Under the pieces are notes generated by a model that was not told the DNA's origin, searched no databases, and saw only the letters and a list, made by a program, of their open reading frames with translations. Source: a virus. From it: a DNA stretch of 64,000 nucleotides. The stretch lies in the IMG/VR virus record IMGVR_UViG_3300032516_000003, positions 129,341 through 193,340 of that record. One strand, written 5' to 3'. The stretch's first letter is position 1. Every line of letters begins with the position of its first letter. Positions 40,256-49,050 of the stretch are shown here, one piece after another. Both the position numbers and the translations under genes were made by a program.

Positions 40256-40555
40256 TCATGTGTCTTCCGTGCAGTGGACCCACTCCTCGTTCTCCTCGAC
40301 CACGGCCTCCGGGATGGGGAACTTGCCTTGGATCTGGCCACACGCCAGGCAGTAGGAGAACCTGACGTAGTCGCCCTTGCCGATGCCGAGTTCAGCCGGC
40401 ACGTAGCCGCTGAATTCAGAGTTGTGGCTGGTCGCGTCGAAGAGGTCGCTACACTTCGCGTTGACGTCGAGTACGCGATCGCTTCCGCACCGCTGGCACG
40501 CCATCGTCATCCTCCTTGGGATCGCCTGGCTCTGGTGCCCAGAGTTCAGTGACAT
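40256..40555 (-). CDS. Zinc-ribbon protein (99 aa)
   Basis: CQRCG...CLACG motifs. Confidence 0.4.
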   Translation of the reverse strand: MSLNSGHQSQAIPRRMTMACQRCGSDRVLDVNAKCSDLFDATSHNSEFSGYVPAELGIGKGDYVRFSYCLACGQIQGKFPIPEAVVEENEEWVHCTEDT

Positions 40556-40769
40556 CCTTGTAGTCGTGAGCGGCTCCTAGTAGTTCCAGGAGGCCGTACA
40601 TCTCCGCTTTCTTCTGATCAGGGGTCAGCTCCTCAGTCACCTCGCAGCCCTGGCAGTGCCACGACTTCCACCGCTCGGTGACCGCTCGACTGAGGCATTC
40701 CCCATAGCGGGCACACTCCAGACGTCGGAAAGGAACGACGTACCTGGAGTGTTCGAACGGTCCACGCAT
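40449..40769 (-). CDS. Hypothetical Cys-containing protein (106 aa)
   Basis: Partly overlaps 40256..40555 in another frame. One of the two starts may be later. Confidence 0.35.
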   Translation of the reverse strand: MRGPFEHSRYVVPFRRLECARYGECLSRAVTERWKSWHCQGCEVTEELTPDQKKAEMYGLLELLGAAHDYKDVTELWAPEPGDPKEDDDGVPAVRKRSRTRRQREV

Positions 40770-40925
40770 GGCGGGACTCCTAGTGGCATTGTACTAGAGG
40801 AGTTGAGCGAGGTGCTGCAGGACTTCGGGGGTCGGAATTGCGTCGCGTTCTGAAGAAAGAGTCACCCGGCCTGACTCCGGTACCAGGCCGCACGAACGGT
40901 GTCCACGTGGCAGGTGACGCTGATT

Positions 40926-41336
40926 CTACGCAGTCTTCTTCGTCTTCTTCACGCCGTAGCGGCTTCGGCTCTTGTTGCGAGGGAGCTCGTTTCCGGCGCT
41001 GCTACTGCGGATGGTGTCCCCGATGCAGTCGAGGGCTCCCCGGATGACGTGATACTTGACCCCCGGCAGATCCTTCACGCGGCCACCACGGATCATCACC
41101 TGACTGTGCTCCTGGATGTTGTGGCCGATTCCAGGGATGTAGGCGATCACGTTCAAGCCGTTGCTGAGTCGCACCGTGCAAGCCTTGCGTAGAGCCGAGT
41201 TGGGTTTCTTCGGCTTCACCGTGTAGGCGCGAAGAACCACTCCCCGCCGCTGCGGGCAACCCTGCAGCGCCGGAGCCTTGCTCTTCTTCCTTTGCCGCTT
41301 TCGTCCGTACTTGATCAACTGATTGAGCGTCGGCAT
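40926..41336 (-). CDS. rpsL: Ribosomal protein uS12 (S12) homolog with C-terminal insertion
   Basis: '[89 protein letters not shown]' is near-identical to the bacterial uS12 consensus. No rpsG/fusA follows. Confidence 0.85.
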   Translation of the reverse strand: MPTLNQLIKYGRKRQRKKSKAPALQGCPQRRGVVLRAYTVKPKKPNSALRKACTVRLSNGLNVIAYIPGIGHNIQEHSQVMIRGGRVKDLPGVKYHVIRGALDCIGDTIRSSSAGNELPRNKSRSRYGVKKTKKTA

Positions 41337-41608
41337 TCACATCTCCTCTCATGTTCTCTGGTCTCAGCGTACATGAACTCCCGTTCCTGTTGGGCACTTT
41401 CATGCCGCAAGATTCGTAGTCCATTCAGCAGCCGCTTGTTCCGTACGCCAGAATGTTCCAGTAGGTCAAGAGCCTCCTGCAAGAGGGCAGTCACCCGGGA
41501 GACTGCGTCTAGGCGGTCTCTCGATTCGAGCTGTCTCATGTGGTACCTCAGGTGATATCTGGTGGGAGAAGGGCCCCTGTGATCACCGAGCGGGAGAGTC
41601 TCCGCCAC
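41315..41608 (-). CDS. Hypothetical protein (97 aa)
   Basis: Upstream of the uS12 gene, weak support. Confidence 0.3.
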   Translation of the reverse strand: MAETLPLGDHRGPSPTRYHLRYHMRQLESRDRLDAVSRVTALLQEALDLLEHSGVRNKRLLNGLRILRHESAQQEREFMYAETREHERRCECRRSIS

Positions 41609-41852
41609 AGGGGCTCGTTCTGCTCTATGACCCTCTTCAAATAGGGCGGCCGACCGGGATTGTCAGCCCTCGGTTGTCCTGGGTGGCGTTACCGAATAGT
41701 GAATCGAAGATATCCGTCACTGTCGGTGGTCAGCTTGCGTGGCTCGGAACGATAGGGGGAGATCACTTGGCCGTCCTCGGAGACCCTGTACCCCAGATCA
41801 AAAGCCTTGATGATCCACCCGTCTCCTCTGGAGCGCATCGTACCTCCTGTAG

Positions 41853-42191
41853 TGGACTGGTCGGGAATCGAACCCGAGTCCTGCGGAGCTTTGAGGCGAG
41901 TACTACGTGCGTAGCTCCCTTACGAGAGCGCGACGGCGTGTTGGTCCGGTACGGCCGTCATCCCCGGTACTGCAGGGCGCCTTGCGGCACCTCCACCATC
42001 CCTCTTTCTGTTGCCGGGAGCTCTGAGGGCTTCCCCGCTACTCCCACCCCAGCTTACGCTACGGCGCGGAGCGGCTGGCGGACGATGTTGTCGTTCGCTT
42101 TTCAGTTTGATCGGATTGTTGAAGGGGCCATCCGATCAACCCCTGCACGCACTCGCCTCTCTGTCTCCCCAGTCGAAACCATTTCCAGCCC
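41853..42191 (-). ncRNA. ssrA: tmRNA (SsrA); tag peptide ANDNIVRQPLRAVA*
   Basis: 5' 'GGGCUGGAAAUGGUUUCGACUGGGG' and 3' 'GGGUUCGAUUCCCGACCAGUCCA' match E. coli tmRNA ends. Acceptor pairs GGGCUGG/CCAGUCC. Tag ORF GCG AAC GAC AAC ... GUA GCG UAA at 42054..42098. Confidence 0.75.
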
Positions 42192-42878
42192 TTGCGCCCG
42201 CTACCGGCTGTGCCAGCTTTCCCCGAAGGGAGGGTCAACGGGCGGACCCTGTTGTAGGTTGGGCTGGCCACCGGAACTGCCCCGGTGCTCACGACTACAT
42301 CCTCCAGGGAGCATCTCGCCCAAATCAAGGAGGCGCGGTCTTGGCCCATCATCGTGAGGTTCTTGTTGGCTCCTGCTCGATCTCTTTTGTTCCAGGTTAC
42401 GCAGGTTCCCCTGGCGCCTCAGCCGCAACGTGTCTATCCACGTCGACCAGCCCAGAAAGTAGTAGCTGGGGATGTTTGGACTCCTGCACCGCCAGGAATC
42501 TACACCTTTGCCCCAGGTGAAGTCGGTGTCAATCTGGGGTTGGGCCGCCCAGCTAGCGGCCAGCTCATCAAAGTGAATTTGCCTGCGGTGGCGCATGGGC
42601 GATCAACTCCACCGGTTCTCTCATCCATCCGCAGGCGTAGCTAAGGCCACTTTCCTCACCGCCCGGCCGAGCGGAAGAGAACATAGTACTCATGGCCCAG
42701 TGATCTACTTATACCCGCGATCTAGGACGTCCGTCAAGTGGAATCAGACCGTGGGCGTGCCGTCGTAGGGCGTGCTGCTGGCCGGTGGCGTGGTCGGGTC
42801 GGGGACTGCTGGTGCCGGGTCGAGTGGCAGGATAGCCGGCTTGTACTCGAAGTACTGGCCGTTGTCATGAACCCCTCC

Positions 42879-43769
42879 CTAAAGGGAGGGGCTTGCAGCT
42901 AGGCTGAGCGAGGACTCGCACGAATGCGTTTCACGCCCAATACCCGCTACGATGGGCCGCATGACGGCAGCCCGTGCTGCGATGTTGCGCGCTCCTACCC
43001 AGTCGGCGTGCGCGACGAACCCGCAGGCTACGCAACAGAACTCAGCCTGCGTGCGGCGGTTGCGCTTGTCGACGAGATGGCACTCGGGGCACTCACGCGA
43101 GGTGTTGCGCGGATCGACCGCGACCACCGGCACCCCGACGAGCCTGCCCTTGTACTCCAGGAACGCGCGAAGCTGGAAGAACGCCCATCCGCCGTGCATC
43201 GCTCGCTGGCCGTGCTGAACCGTTGTCCGCTCGCGGATGCCCTTCAAGTCCTCAAGGGCGACGCCGCGTGCGGTGTCTTTGGCCTTCTGAACGATTCGCT
43301 TCGAGATGGTGTGGTTCACATCGGAACGGAAGCGGGCCTCGTGGCCCGAGAGACGCTTCAGGTGTCGCTTGGCGGACTTGGTGCCGACGGCCTGGAGAGC
43401 ACCGCGGAGCCGCAACATGCGCTGGCGCACGGTTTCGACTCCCGACCCGCTGTGACACTCGCCGTCGGAGTCCGTGGCGAGGTTGCGGATGCCGAGGTCC
43501 ACGCCGAGCCAGCCTTCGGGATCGACCGGAGCGCCGTCGGGCACCTCGACGGTCACGTACAAGTACCATTTCCCCTTGCGAAGAACGAGGTCAGCCTGAC
43601 CACGGACACCTTCCAGGCGTGCCCGGTGGTAGGCGCCCCCGACGAAGGGGACGAGGATGCGGCCGGTGAGCGTCAGGATCGACACGCGGTCCATGGCTTT
43701 GAAGCTCATAATGCGCTGGTCGTAGGCGATGCCGCCGTGGGGGTCGAAGTGCGCTGCCACAACTGTCAT
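42879..43769 (-). CDS. tnpB: TnpB (IS200/IS605-family OrfB, RuvC-like RNA-guided nuclease)
   Basis: 'GVDLGIRNLATDSDG' (RuvC-I). 'CPECHLVDKRNRRTQAEFCCVACGFVAHADWVGARNIA' (zinc finger + RuvC-III). Hairpin cccctcccTAAAgggagggg at the stop codon. Confidence 0.8.
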   Translation of the reverse strand: MTVVAAHFDPHGGIAYDQRIMSFKAMDRVSILTLTGRILVPFVGGAYHRARLEGVRGQADLVLRKGKWYLYVTVEVPDGAPVDPEGWLGVDLGIRNLATDSDGECHSGSGVETVRQRMLRLRGALQAVGTKSAKRHLKRLSGHEARFRSDVNHTISKRIVQKAKDTARGVALEDLKGIRERTTVQHGQRAMHGGWAFFQLRAFLEYKGRLVGVPVVAVDPRNTSRECPECHLVDKRNRRTQAEFCCVACGFVAHADWVGARNIAARAAVMRPIVAGIGRETHSCESSLSLAASPSL

Positions 43770-43780
43770 GGCTTACGCCA

Positions 43781-44290
43781 TCACGGCTCAAGTTCCACCG
43801 TCCAGTAATCAGCCCACTCAGGTGGGACGTCGTGTAGTCTCAATCTAGGATTATAGGCCGGTATCCAGCTCGGTCTCACTGGTTCCCGGATCAGCCGCAT
43901 GTCGGCCTGTACCGGCGTACGGTTGGCCTTGGCCGCGTTGCAGGGCACGCAGCTCATGACGATGTTCTCCCACACGGTCTTGCCGCCCTGCGCCCGGGGG
44001 ACGACGTGATCGTAGGTGAGCTCTCCTGATGGCAGACGAGTCCCACAGTACTGACACCTGCCGTGGTCCCGGGCCAACACATTGGCCCGGCTGAACTTCA
44101 CCCGCTGCTTGCTGCGATGCACCGAGTTGTTCAGGCGCACGACCGCTGGCATCTGGATGCCCTCATGCACGGGCGTGCCGTACTCTTCGAGGACGGAGGC
44201 CCGCTCACGAGCGATGTAGCCCATGGCTCTTTGCCAGCTGACGACGTTCACCGGGAGGTAACTGCTGTCCAGTACGAGGGTCCGTTGCAT
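43781..44290 (-). CDS. HNH endonuclease (start adjusted; the upstream part of the track ORF is tRNA sequence)
   Basis: 'CQYCG...LTYDHVVPRAQGG...WENIVMSCVPCNAAK'. Confidence 0.65.
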   Translation of the reverse strand: MQRTLVLDSSYLPVNVVSWQRAMGYIARERASVLEEYGTPVHEGIQMPAVVRLNNSVHRSKQRVKFSRANVLARDHGRCQYCGTRLPSGELTYDHVVPRAQGGKTVWENIVMSCVPCNAAKANRTPVQADMRLIREPVRPSWIPAYNPRLRLHDVPPEWADYWTVELEP

Positions 44291-44358
44291 GGTCAACTCC
44301 ACCAGGTCATGGGTGTCTCCAGCTAGAATAGCTGATGTGGTCACGTGTTGGTGCGTGA

Positions 44359-44438
44359 GTGCCCAGGGCCGGACTCGAACCGGCATGCTTTCGCACAGAG
44401 GTTTGAGCTCTGCGGGTCTACCAATTTCCCCACCTGGG
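44359..44438 (-). tRNA. tRNA-Leu(CAA), type II
   Basis: Acceptor GCCCAGG/CCUGGGC, T-arm CCGGUUCGAGUCCGG, anticodon loop CUCAAAC. Confidence 0.7.
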
Positions 44439-44441
44439 CAG

Positions 44442-44520
44442 ATGGTCCGAGTGGCCGGATTTGAACCGGCGGCCCCCTGTACCCCGACCGTGCCGTCTAC
44501 CACTGACGTACACCCAGTTA
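44442..44520 (-). other. tRNA-like element (T-arm + acceptor present, no clean anticodon arm)
   Basis: T-arm GCCGG-UUCAAAU-CCGGC and CCA-like end, but the anticodon stem cannot be folded. Confidence 0.3.
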
Positions 44521-45057
44521 TCCTTGATCGTTGTGTGCTTCTGCGTGGTGGTTAGCGCAGAGCAAGATGCAGCCCCGAATCTCTTTTTTGACCCGCTCCC
44601 AGCCCCAGTACTTGAAGCCACGAAAGGCCACGTCCTTTTTTCTGGGATCTCGGTGGTGTATGTGTAGCGCAGCAAGACACTTCTTGTAGCCGCAGACCTT
44701 GCAGCTGCCTCCTAGGACGTCCACTACTCTTTGCTTGATCTCTTCGGCCCTTCGATACCTGTCTTTGTTGTGGCAGGCTACGCAGAGCTTTCGTTTGTTC
44801 CCATAGAACTGTTGTGGGTTACGCTCACCACACGGGCACTTGCGGGGCAAGGACAGGTCCTTGGGGTGTTTACCTGCAGGACCACGCCGAGTTCTGAGAT
44901 CATGCTTCTTCAACCAGTAGCGCACGGCAGTAGGACCGATCCGCAGACACGCTGACATCTGCTTAATGGTGTAATCCTGCTTGATCAACTTTTCCAGCTC
45001 TACTGAAGACACAACCTTCCCTATTTTCCTGGCCATGGGTGCAGCGTACAGTAGCAC
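44518..45057 (-). CDS. HNH homing endonuclease with N-terminal HTH
   Basis: 'CKVCGYKKCLAALHIHHRDP...CILLCANHHAEAH'. Confidence 0.7.
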   Translation of the reverse strand: MLLYAAPMARKIGKVVSSVELEKLIKQDYTIKQMSACLRIGPTAVRYWLKKHDLRTRRGPAGKHPKDLSLPRKCPCGERNPQQFYGNKRKLCVACHNKDRYRRAEEIKQRVVDVLGGSCKVCGYKKCLAALHIHHRDPRKKDVAFRGFKYWGWERVKKEIRGCILLCANHHAEAHNDQG

Positions 45058-45182
45058 AGTTTAGCTGTCAAGCGTGCGCTACCAGGCTGCGCCACACTCG
45101 GTTGGGAGCGGGGGGAGGATGTGCGCCTCCTGATCGTCACCGGCTTATGAGGCCGGCCGCCTCTGTTGGCATTCCCCGCTAG

Positions 45183-45255
45183 TGGCTGATCTCAGAGTCG
45201 AACTGAGTCATGCGCCTTATGAGAGCGCCAAGGTGACCACCACCTTACATCAGCC
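45183..45255 (-). tRNA. tRNA-Met(CAU)
   Basis: Acceptor GGCUGAU/AUCAGCC, anticodon loop CUCAUAA, T-loop UUCGACU. Confidence 0.75.
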
Positions 45256-45364
45256 GTGCTACGATTCGGTCATGCAACTGCACAGCACGATCAACTTCAA
45301 GCCTACCTGGGGTGAGCTCTTCGGCCTTGCCCTGTTCGTCTTGTGGACCTTCATCGAAGGCCGG

Positions 45365-45390
45365 TGCGCGCGGAGGGATTCGAACCCTCA
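45365..45390 (-). other. tRNA 3'-fragment (T-arm + 3' acceptor strand only)
   Basis: GAGGG-UUCGAAU-CCCUC-CGCGCGC with no 5' partner. Overlaps the next tRNA. Confidence 0.4.
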
Positions 45391-45402
45391 CTGACCAGCT
45401 AG

Positions 45403-45487
45403 TGCCGACGGGGCGACTCGAACGCCCAATGACCTTTCGATCACCTCGCTTTAAGGGAGGCCCGTTAGCCAGTTCCGGCACGTCGGC
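45403..45487 (-). tRNA. tRNA-Leu(UAA), type II
   Basis: Acceptor GCCGACG/CGUCGGC, loop CUUAAAG, long variable arm. Confidence 0.65.
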
Positions 45488-45902
45488 CTACATTCTTTCC
45501 TCTGTACGTAGGTGTGAATGCGTGACAGTTGGGACAGAGTAGCCTCAGGTTCTTTACTGCCTGGTTGTGCTTGTCCCCATCGCAATGATGAATCTCCAGT
45601 GGTATCGCCTCTCCTGACCACTTTGTTCTGCGGCACCCTTCACACTGGTGTCCGCGTTCTTCTATGAGCCTGCGCTTGATCGCTGCCTTGTGCTTTAGTT
45701 GTGACAGTTCTTTCCGGCACAGCTTCTGTCCATGACGCTTCGCCACTTCTGGATCAACTGGGATGTGGCCGATCCACCCCTTTATGGTCCTCCAGTGGAC
45801 TCCAGTGTGGTGGGCTATTGATCGGAAACCGTGTCCCAACTTCCGTAGCTGAATGGCTTCCTTGTACTGCTCCTGCTTCCCCTTATAGGGTCCTCTAAGC
45901 AT
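45465..45902 (-). CDS. HNH homing endonuclease
   Basis: 'CEGCRRTKWSGEAIPLEIHHCDGDKHN...LRLLCPNCHA'. Confidence 0.7.
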   Translation of the reverse strand: MLRGPYKGKQEQYKEAIQLRKLGHGFRSIAHHTGVHWRTIKGWIGHIPVDPEVAKRHGQKLCRKELSQLKHKAAIKRRLIEERGHQCEGCRRTKWSGEAIPLEIHHCDGDKHNQAVKNLRLLCPNCHAFTPTYRGKNVGRRAGTG

Positions 45903-45962
45903 TCAACCAGGCTAGCAATTCACAGCAGTAGCGTCAAGCCACACTAGCTATTACGATTTGGT

Positions 45963-46045
45963 GCCAGCGAGAGGAATCGAACCTCCATGAGCTTTCGCCC
46001 GCTCGGTCCTAAGCCGAGTGCGTCTGCCGTTTCGCCACGCTGGCG
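45963..46045 (-). tRNA. tRNA-Leu(UAG), type II
   Basis: Acceptor GCCAGCG/CGCUGGC, loop CUUAGGA. Confidence 0.75.
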
Positions 46046-46050
46046 TTGGC

Positions 46051-46124
46051 CTGCCCGGAGGGATTCGAACCCCCACTTGCTCGGTTCGTAGCCGAGAGTC
46101 TTCTCCAATTGGACCACGGGCAGA
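46051..46124 (-). tRNA. tRNA-Arg(ACG)
   Basis: Acceptor CUGCCCG/CGGGCAG, loop CUACGAA. Confidence 0.75.
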
Positions 46125-46128
46125 TGGT

Positions 46129-46202
46129 GTCGCTGGCCAGATTCGAACTGGCAGCCGCTCGGGTCGGAGCCGAGTGCTCGATCCAATCGAGCTGCAGCGA
46201 CG
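46129..46202 (-). tRNA. tRNA-Arg(CCG)
   Basis: Acceptor GUCGCUG/CAGCGAC, loop CUCCGAC. Confidence 0.75.
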
Positions 46203-46209
46203 GTGTGGT

Positions 46210-46282
46210 GTCCTAGCCCAGACTCGAACTGGGAACGGAGGTTTAGGAGACCTCCATGATCTCCGCTTTCACCACTAGGACT
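46210..46282 (-). tRNA. tRNA-Arg(CCU)
   Basis: Acceptor GUCCUAG/CUAGGAC, loop CUCCUAA. Confidence 0.75.
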
Positions 46283-46631
46283 TGTAGCGTGCGTCAAATG
46301 CCCGTTTAGCGGCTTTGCAGCCGGCACACCGGCATCCGTAGTTCGAGTAGCGTGATTTGGTGCCGTGTGATGGCTCGCGCTGGGCGCCCGATTCTTTCTT
46401 GTGACACTCCGAGCAGAGGACTTCGCACTTTGCTAGTTCCTGACGCCGCCGCGCTTCACTCCAGGACCAGATCCTATGTGTGACCTTTGTTGAGCGGTCC
46501 ACGTGGTGGACTTCCAGCTGTTCAACTGAGCCGCAGCGAGCGCATTTCTGCCCTACAAACCAGTTCTCGCGTCTTGCTTTGATCCATTCTCGATTGTATG
46601 CACGCTGCAGTTCTTGGTCCTTGTATGGCAA
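46275..46631 (-). CDS. HNH homing endonuclease (start uncertain, probably TTG after internal GGAGG)
   Basis: 'CARCGSVEQLEVHHVDRS...CEVLCSECHKKE'. The N-terminal part of the track ORF overlaps a tRNA-like element. Confidence 0.6.
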   Translation of the reverse strand: MPYKDQELQRAYNREWIKARRENWFVGQKCARCGSVEQLEVHHVDRSTKVTHRIWSWSEARRRQELAKCEVLCSECHKKESGAQREPSHGTKSRYSNYGCRCAGCKAAKRAFDARYKS

Positions 46632-46696
46632 GGTACCTCCATCCAATTGGGCGACAGGGCCGAGGGGTGACGATATTCGGTGAGGCGATGTGCTAG

Positions 46697-46765
46697 GTGC
46701 CCTGCCGAGGAGTTGAACCCCGCACTCTGCGCTTAGAAGGCGCTGATGGCGTCCGCACCGCAGGG
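46697..46765 (-). tRNA. tRNA-Arg(UCU)-like, short/irregular D-arm (possible pseudo-tRNA)
   Basis: Acceptor GCCCUGC/GCAGGGC, loop CUUCUAA, only 69 nt. Confidence 0.4.
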
Positions 46766-47074
46766 CTCTTGCAGCTTGCGCTTCTCGTTCGGAGGGTCCT
46801 TGTCTTTGGCACCGTTGGCCTTGTAGGGCTTGCACAGTAGGCAGCCAGCTCTCCGATTCTTGGGACGCTTGCGCTTGTGGTGCACGATCACCTCTCAGTC
46901 ACAGCAGCGTTGCGATTGATGTGCCTGTTCCACCTGATCGCTGCGGCAGCGTAGGCGGACTGCTTGTACTGGCTGTACATCCGCATCGGCCATCTGACTG
47001 GTAGACGGCCCAGAGGACCGTGCAGCCGCGTCAGCACCTTCTTCGCCTGCCTCAGCTTCATGGTGTCCTCCTGG

Positions 47075-47145
47075 AGCTACCGACAGGATTCGAACCTGTG
47101 TGGCTCGGGTTGCAGCCGAGTGCCTCGCCTCTTGGCTACGGTAGC
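47075..47145 (-). tRNA. tRNA-Cys(GCA)
   Basis: Acceptor GCUACCG/CGGUAGC, loop CUGCAAC, discriminator U. Confidence 0.8.
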
Positions 47146-47149
47146 ATGG

Positions 47150-47320
47150 CGGGGGACCTGGGGATCGAACCCAGCCCGGCTCCGAGAGGGCATCATCTTG
47201 CACCGCCCTGAGCCTGGACGGTTGCGGGTCTTGCGACCCAGCGGGCCTGGCAGGAATCGAACTCAGCAGCCAACCGGGTTTGGAGTCCAGTGCGCTTACC
47301 CAGAGCGTCTCCCCTTCTTC
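47150..47320 (-). other. ~170-nt tRNA-like element(s) with aberrant arms
   Basis: 5' GGGGAGAC..., D-arm, anticodon-like loop CUCCAAA (CCA = Trp), two UUCGAU T-loops, 3' GUCCCCCGCCA. Cannot be folded into a canonical cloverleaf. Confidence 0.3.
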
Positions 47321-47736
47321 CATTTTCCTAGTCTTGCGTGCAACCGGCGATGGCAGTTGGCGCAGAGAACTCTGCACTTCTTGATCTCCTTAATCACCGT
47401 CCCCCAACTGAGACCTCGCTGGTACATGAGTTGGTTGATGCCTGCTTCCTTTTGACTTGGGTCTCGGTGGTGAAACTCCAGCACCACTGGATCAGCTTCG
47501 CCACAACTACATGAGTGCTTGAAAAGGTACTGTGTCAGCTGCTGTGCGATCTCCTCCCTGCGCTTCTGGTTGCTGACCTTAGCCCGAGCAAGGTACTTGG
47601 TCCTGTCCTTCTTGTAGTGCTCTCGGTTGTAGGCAGCTTTGCAGGTGATGCAGAGACTTTGGTAGCCGCGTCTAGAGTGGCGGTAGAACTGCTTCACTGG
47701 AAGTGGACCACAGTTCTTGCAGGTGGCTGTCCTCAT
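47296..47736 (-). CDS. HNH homing endonuclease (start adjusted to MRTATCKNCG)
   Basis: 'CSCGEADPVVLEFHHRDPSQK...CRVLCANCHRRLHA'. Confidence 0.65.
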   Translation of the reverse strand: MRTATCKNCGPLPVKQFYRHSRRGYQSLCITCKAAYNREHYKKDRTKYLARAKVSNQKRREEIAQQLTQYLFKHSCSCGEADPVVLEFHHRDPSQKEAGINQLMYQRGLSWGTVIKEIKKCRVLCANCHRRLHARLGKWKKGRRSG

Positions 47737-47762
47737 GTCTCTGAAGACTAGCACACATTTGG

Positions 47763-47834
47763 AGCCGGAGAGTGGACTTGAACCACCACCCTCGTCCTTA
47801 CCAAGGACGCGCACCACCTTTGTGCTACTCCGGC
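47763..47834 (-). tRNA. tRNA-Thr(GGU)
   Basis: Acceptor GCCGGAG/CUCCGGC, loop UUGGUAA. Confidence 0.75.
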
Positions 47835-47842
47835 ATGATCAG

Positions 47843-47915
47843 TGGATGCGAAGGGATTCGAACCCTCTGCCTCAGGCTTGCAAAGCCCGCGCTCTCCCAA
47901 GTGAGCTACGCACCC
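47843..47915 (-). tRNA. tRNA-Ala(UGC)
   Basis: Acceptor GGGUGCG with G3:U70, loop UUUGCAA. Confidence 0.8.
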
Positions 47916-47919
47916 ATGG

Positions 47920-47991
47920 TCCGAGGTGAGGGAGTTGAACCCCCGGCATCCGGTTTGTAGGACCGGCGTTCCTCCGTTGAACTAACCTCGG
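47920..47991 (-). tRNA. tRNA-Val(UAC)
   Basis: Acceptor CCGAGGU/ACCUCGG, loop CCUACAA. Confidence 0.7.
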
Positions 47992-47992
47992 G

Positions 47993-48064
47993 TGCTCCCG
48001 GCGGGTATCGATCCCGCTCCTGCGGCTTGAAAGGCCACTGACCTAGCCAGTAGTCTACGGGAGC
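47993..48064 (-). tRNA. tRNA-Glu(UUC)
   Basis: Acceptor GCUCCCG/CGGGAGC, loop CUUUCAA, T-loop AUCGAUA. Confidence 0.65.
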
Positions 48065-48468
48065 GAGTGGTGGACCCTGTGGCAGTTCGCACAGAGCACC
48101 TCACACTTGCCCACTTCCTCCCAGATGCGATCTATGTTGAAGCATCTAGTGATCATAGTGGCGATGTTGTCCGTCTTGGTGCCGCCGACGTGATGTAGAT
48201 CTAGCGCAGCTGCGTGCTCATTGTAGCCACATGACTGGCAACCAATGCTCATCTTGTAGCTATCGATGACGTCCTTTGCCTCGGCGCGGACTCTCTTAGT
48301 TCTTGCCCGCACTTGTTTGTCTCGTCCTCGATTGTAGTAGCTGTCAGAGTCAATCTCTCGGTGGCACGGCTTACACCAGCTCTGACGTCTGCCCTTGGAC
48401 TTGTAGCGCCAGGCGAAGTCCTCTACATCTCTTTCATGACCGCATTTGGGGCATACCTTGGTCTTCAT
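48055..48468 (-). CDS. HNH homing endonuclease
   Basis: 'CQSCGYNEHAAALDLHHVGG...CEVLCANCHRVHH'. Confidence 0.7.
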   Translation of the reverse strand: MKTKVCPKCGHERDVEDFAWRYKSKGRRQSWCKPCHREIDSDSYYNRGRDKQVRARTKRVRAEAKDVIDSYKMSIGCQSCGYNEHAAALDLHHVGGTKTDNIATMITRCFNIDRIWEEVGKCEVLCANCHRVHHSLP

Positions 48469-48513
48469 GCAGTCATGATAGTGTGTATCGAACTGCTCCG
48501 CAAGAGTGAAAGG

Positions 48514-48585
48514 TGACCCCAGGGGGAGTTGAACCCCTCGTTTACGGGTTGAGAACCCGTTTGCCTACCGTTAGCAGATGGGGCC
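48514..48585 (-). tRNA. tRNA-Glu(CUC)
   Basis: Acceptor GGCCCCA/UGGGGUC, loop UUCUCAA. Confidence 0.65.
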
Positions 48586-48591
48586 ATTGAT

Positions 48592-48789
48592 CTACTTCTT
48601 GATGGTGGAGAAGCAGCGGGGGCAGCAGATGACGGTATCGACTTCCCTCTTGTCGTTCGCCTTGTAGAGGATGTTGTTGTTGCGCGGGACACTCCACTGG
48701 AAGTCCCGGCCGCAGAGGCAGACGGCACTGCCCTCCCCCTCGTTCTCTTGGATCACTACTCTGATGTTGGTGCCCATTGTCTCCCTCAT
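48592..48789 (-). CDS. Small zinc-ribbon protein (65 aa)
   Basis: CLCG...CCPRC. Confidence 0.35.
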   Translation of the reverse strand: MRETMGTNIRVVIQENEGEGSAVCLCGRDFQWSVPRNNNILYKANDKREVDTVICCPRCFSTIKK

Positions 48790-48793
48790 GTTG

Positions 48794-48866
48794 AGCCGCC
48801 CCCGAGACTCGAACTCGGTACCTTCCGCTTACAAGGCGGATGCTCTGCCAGGTGAGCTATGGCGGC
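48794..48866 (-). tRNA. tRNA-Thr(UGU)
   Basis: Acceptor GCCGCCA/GGGCGGC, loop CUUGUAA. Confidence 0.7.
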
Positions 48867-48901
48867 AACTACTATCACCTTGATCGATCTGCGTCAAGTG
48901 G

Positions 48902-48974
48902 AGCTGGAGGTGGGAGTCGAACCCACTGCCTCCGGTTTACGAAACCGGCGCTCTGCCTGTTGAGCTTCACCAGC
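48902..48974 (-). tRNA. tRNA-Thr(CGU)
   Basis: Acceptor GCUGGUG/CUCCAGC (one mismatch), loop UUCGUAA. Confidence 0.65.
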
Positions 48975-49050
48975 GTTGGTAGGGACGGCGGCCCGTTAGT
49001 CCGCTCCTCGTTCCTAAGGGATTGCGTGCACGATTACACCACGTCCCCAG

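Noticed and set aside
36146-41608. rRNA or other large structured RNA in the minus-strand block
   Set aside because: No rRNA-like conserved segments seen. The region is fully accounted for by ORFs, the uS12 gene and the tmRNA.
42059-42352. 97-aa minus ORF overlapping the tmRNA
   Set aside because: It is the translation of the tmRNA body. Only the 14-codon tag frame is biologically meaningful.
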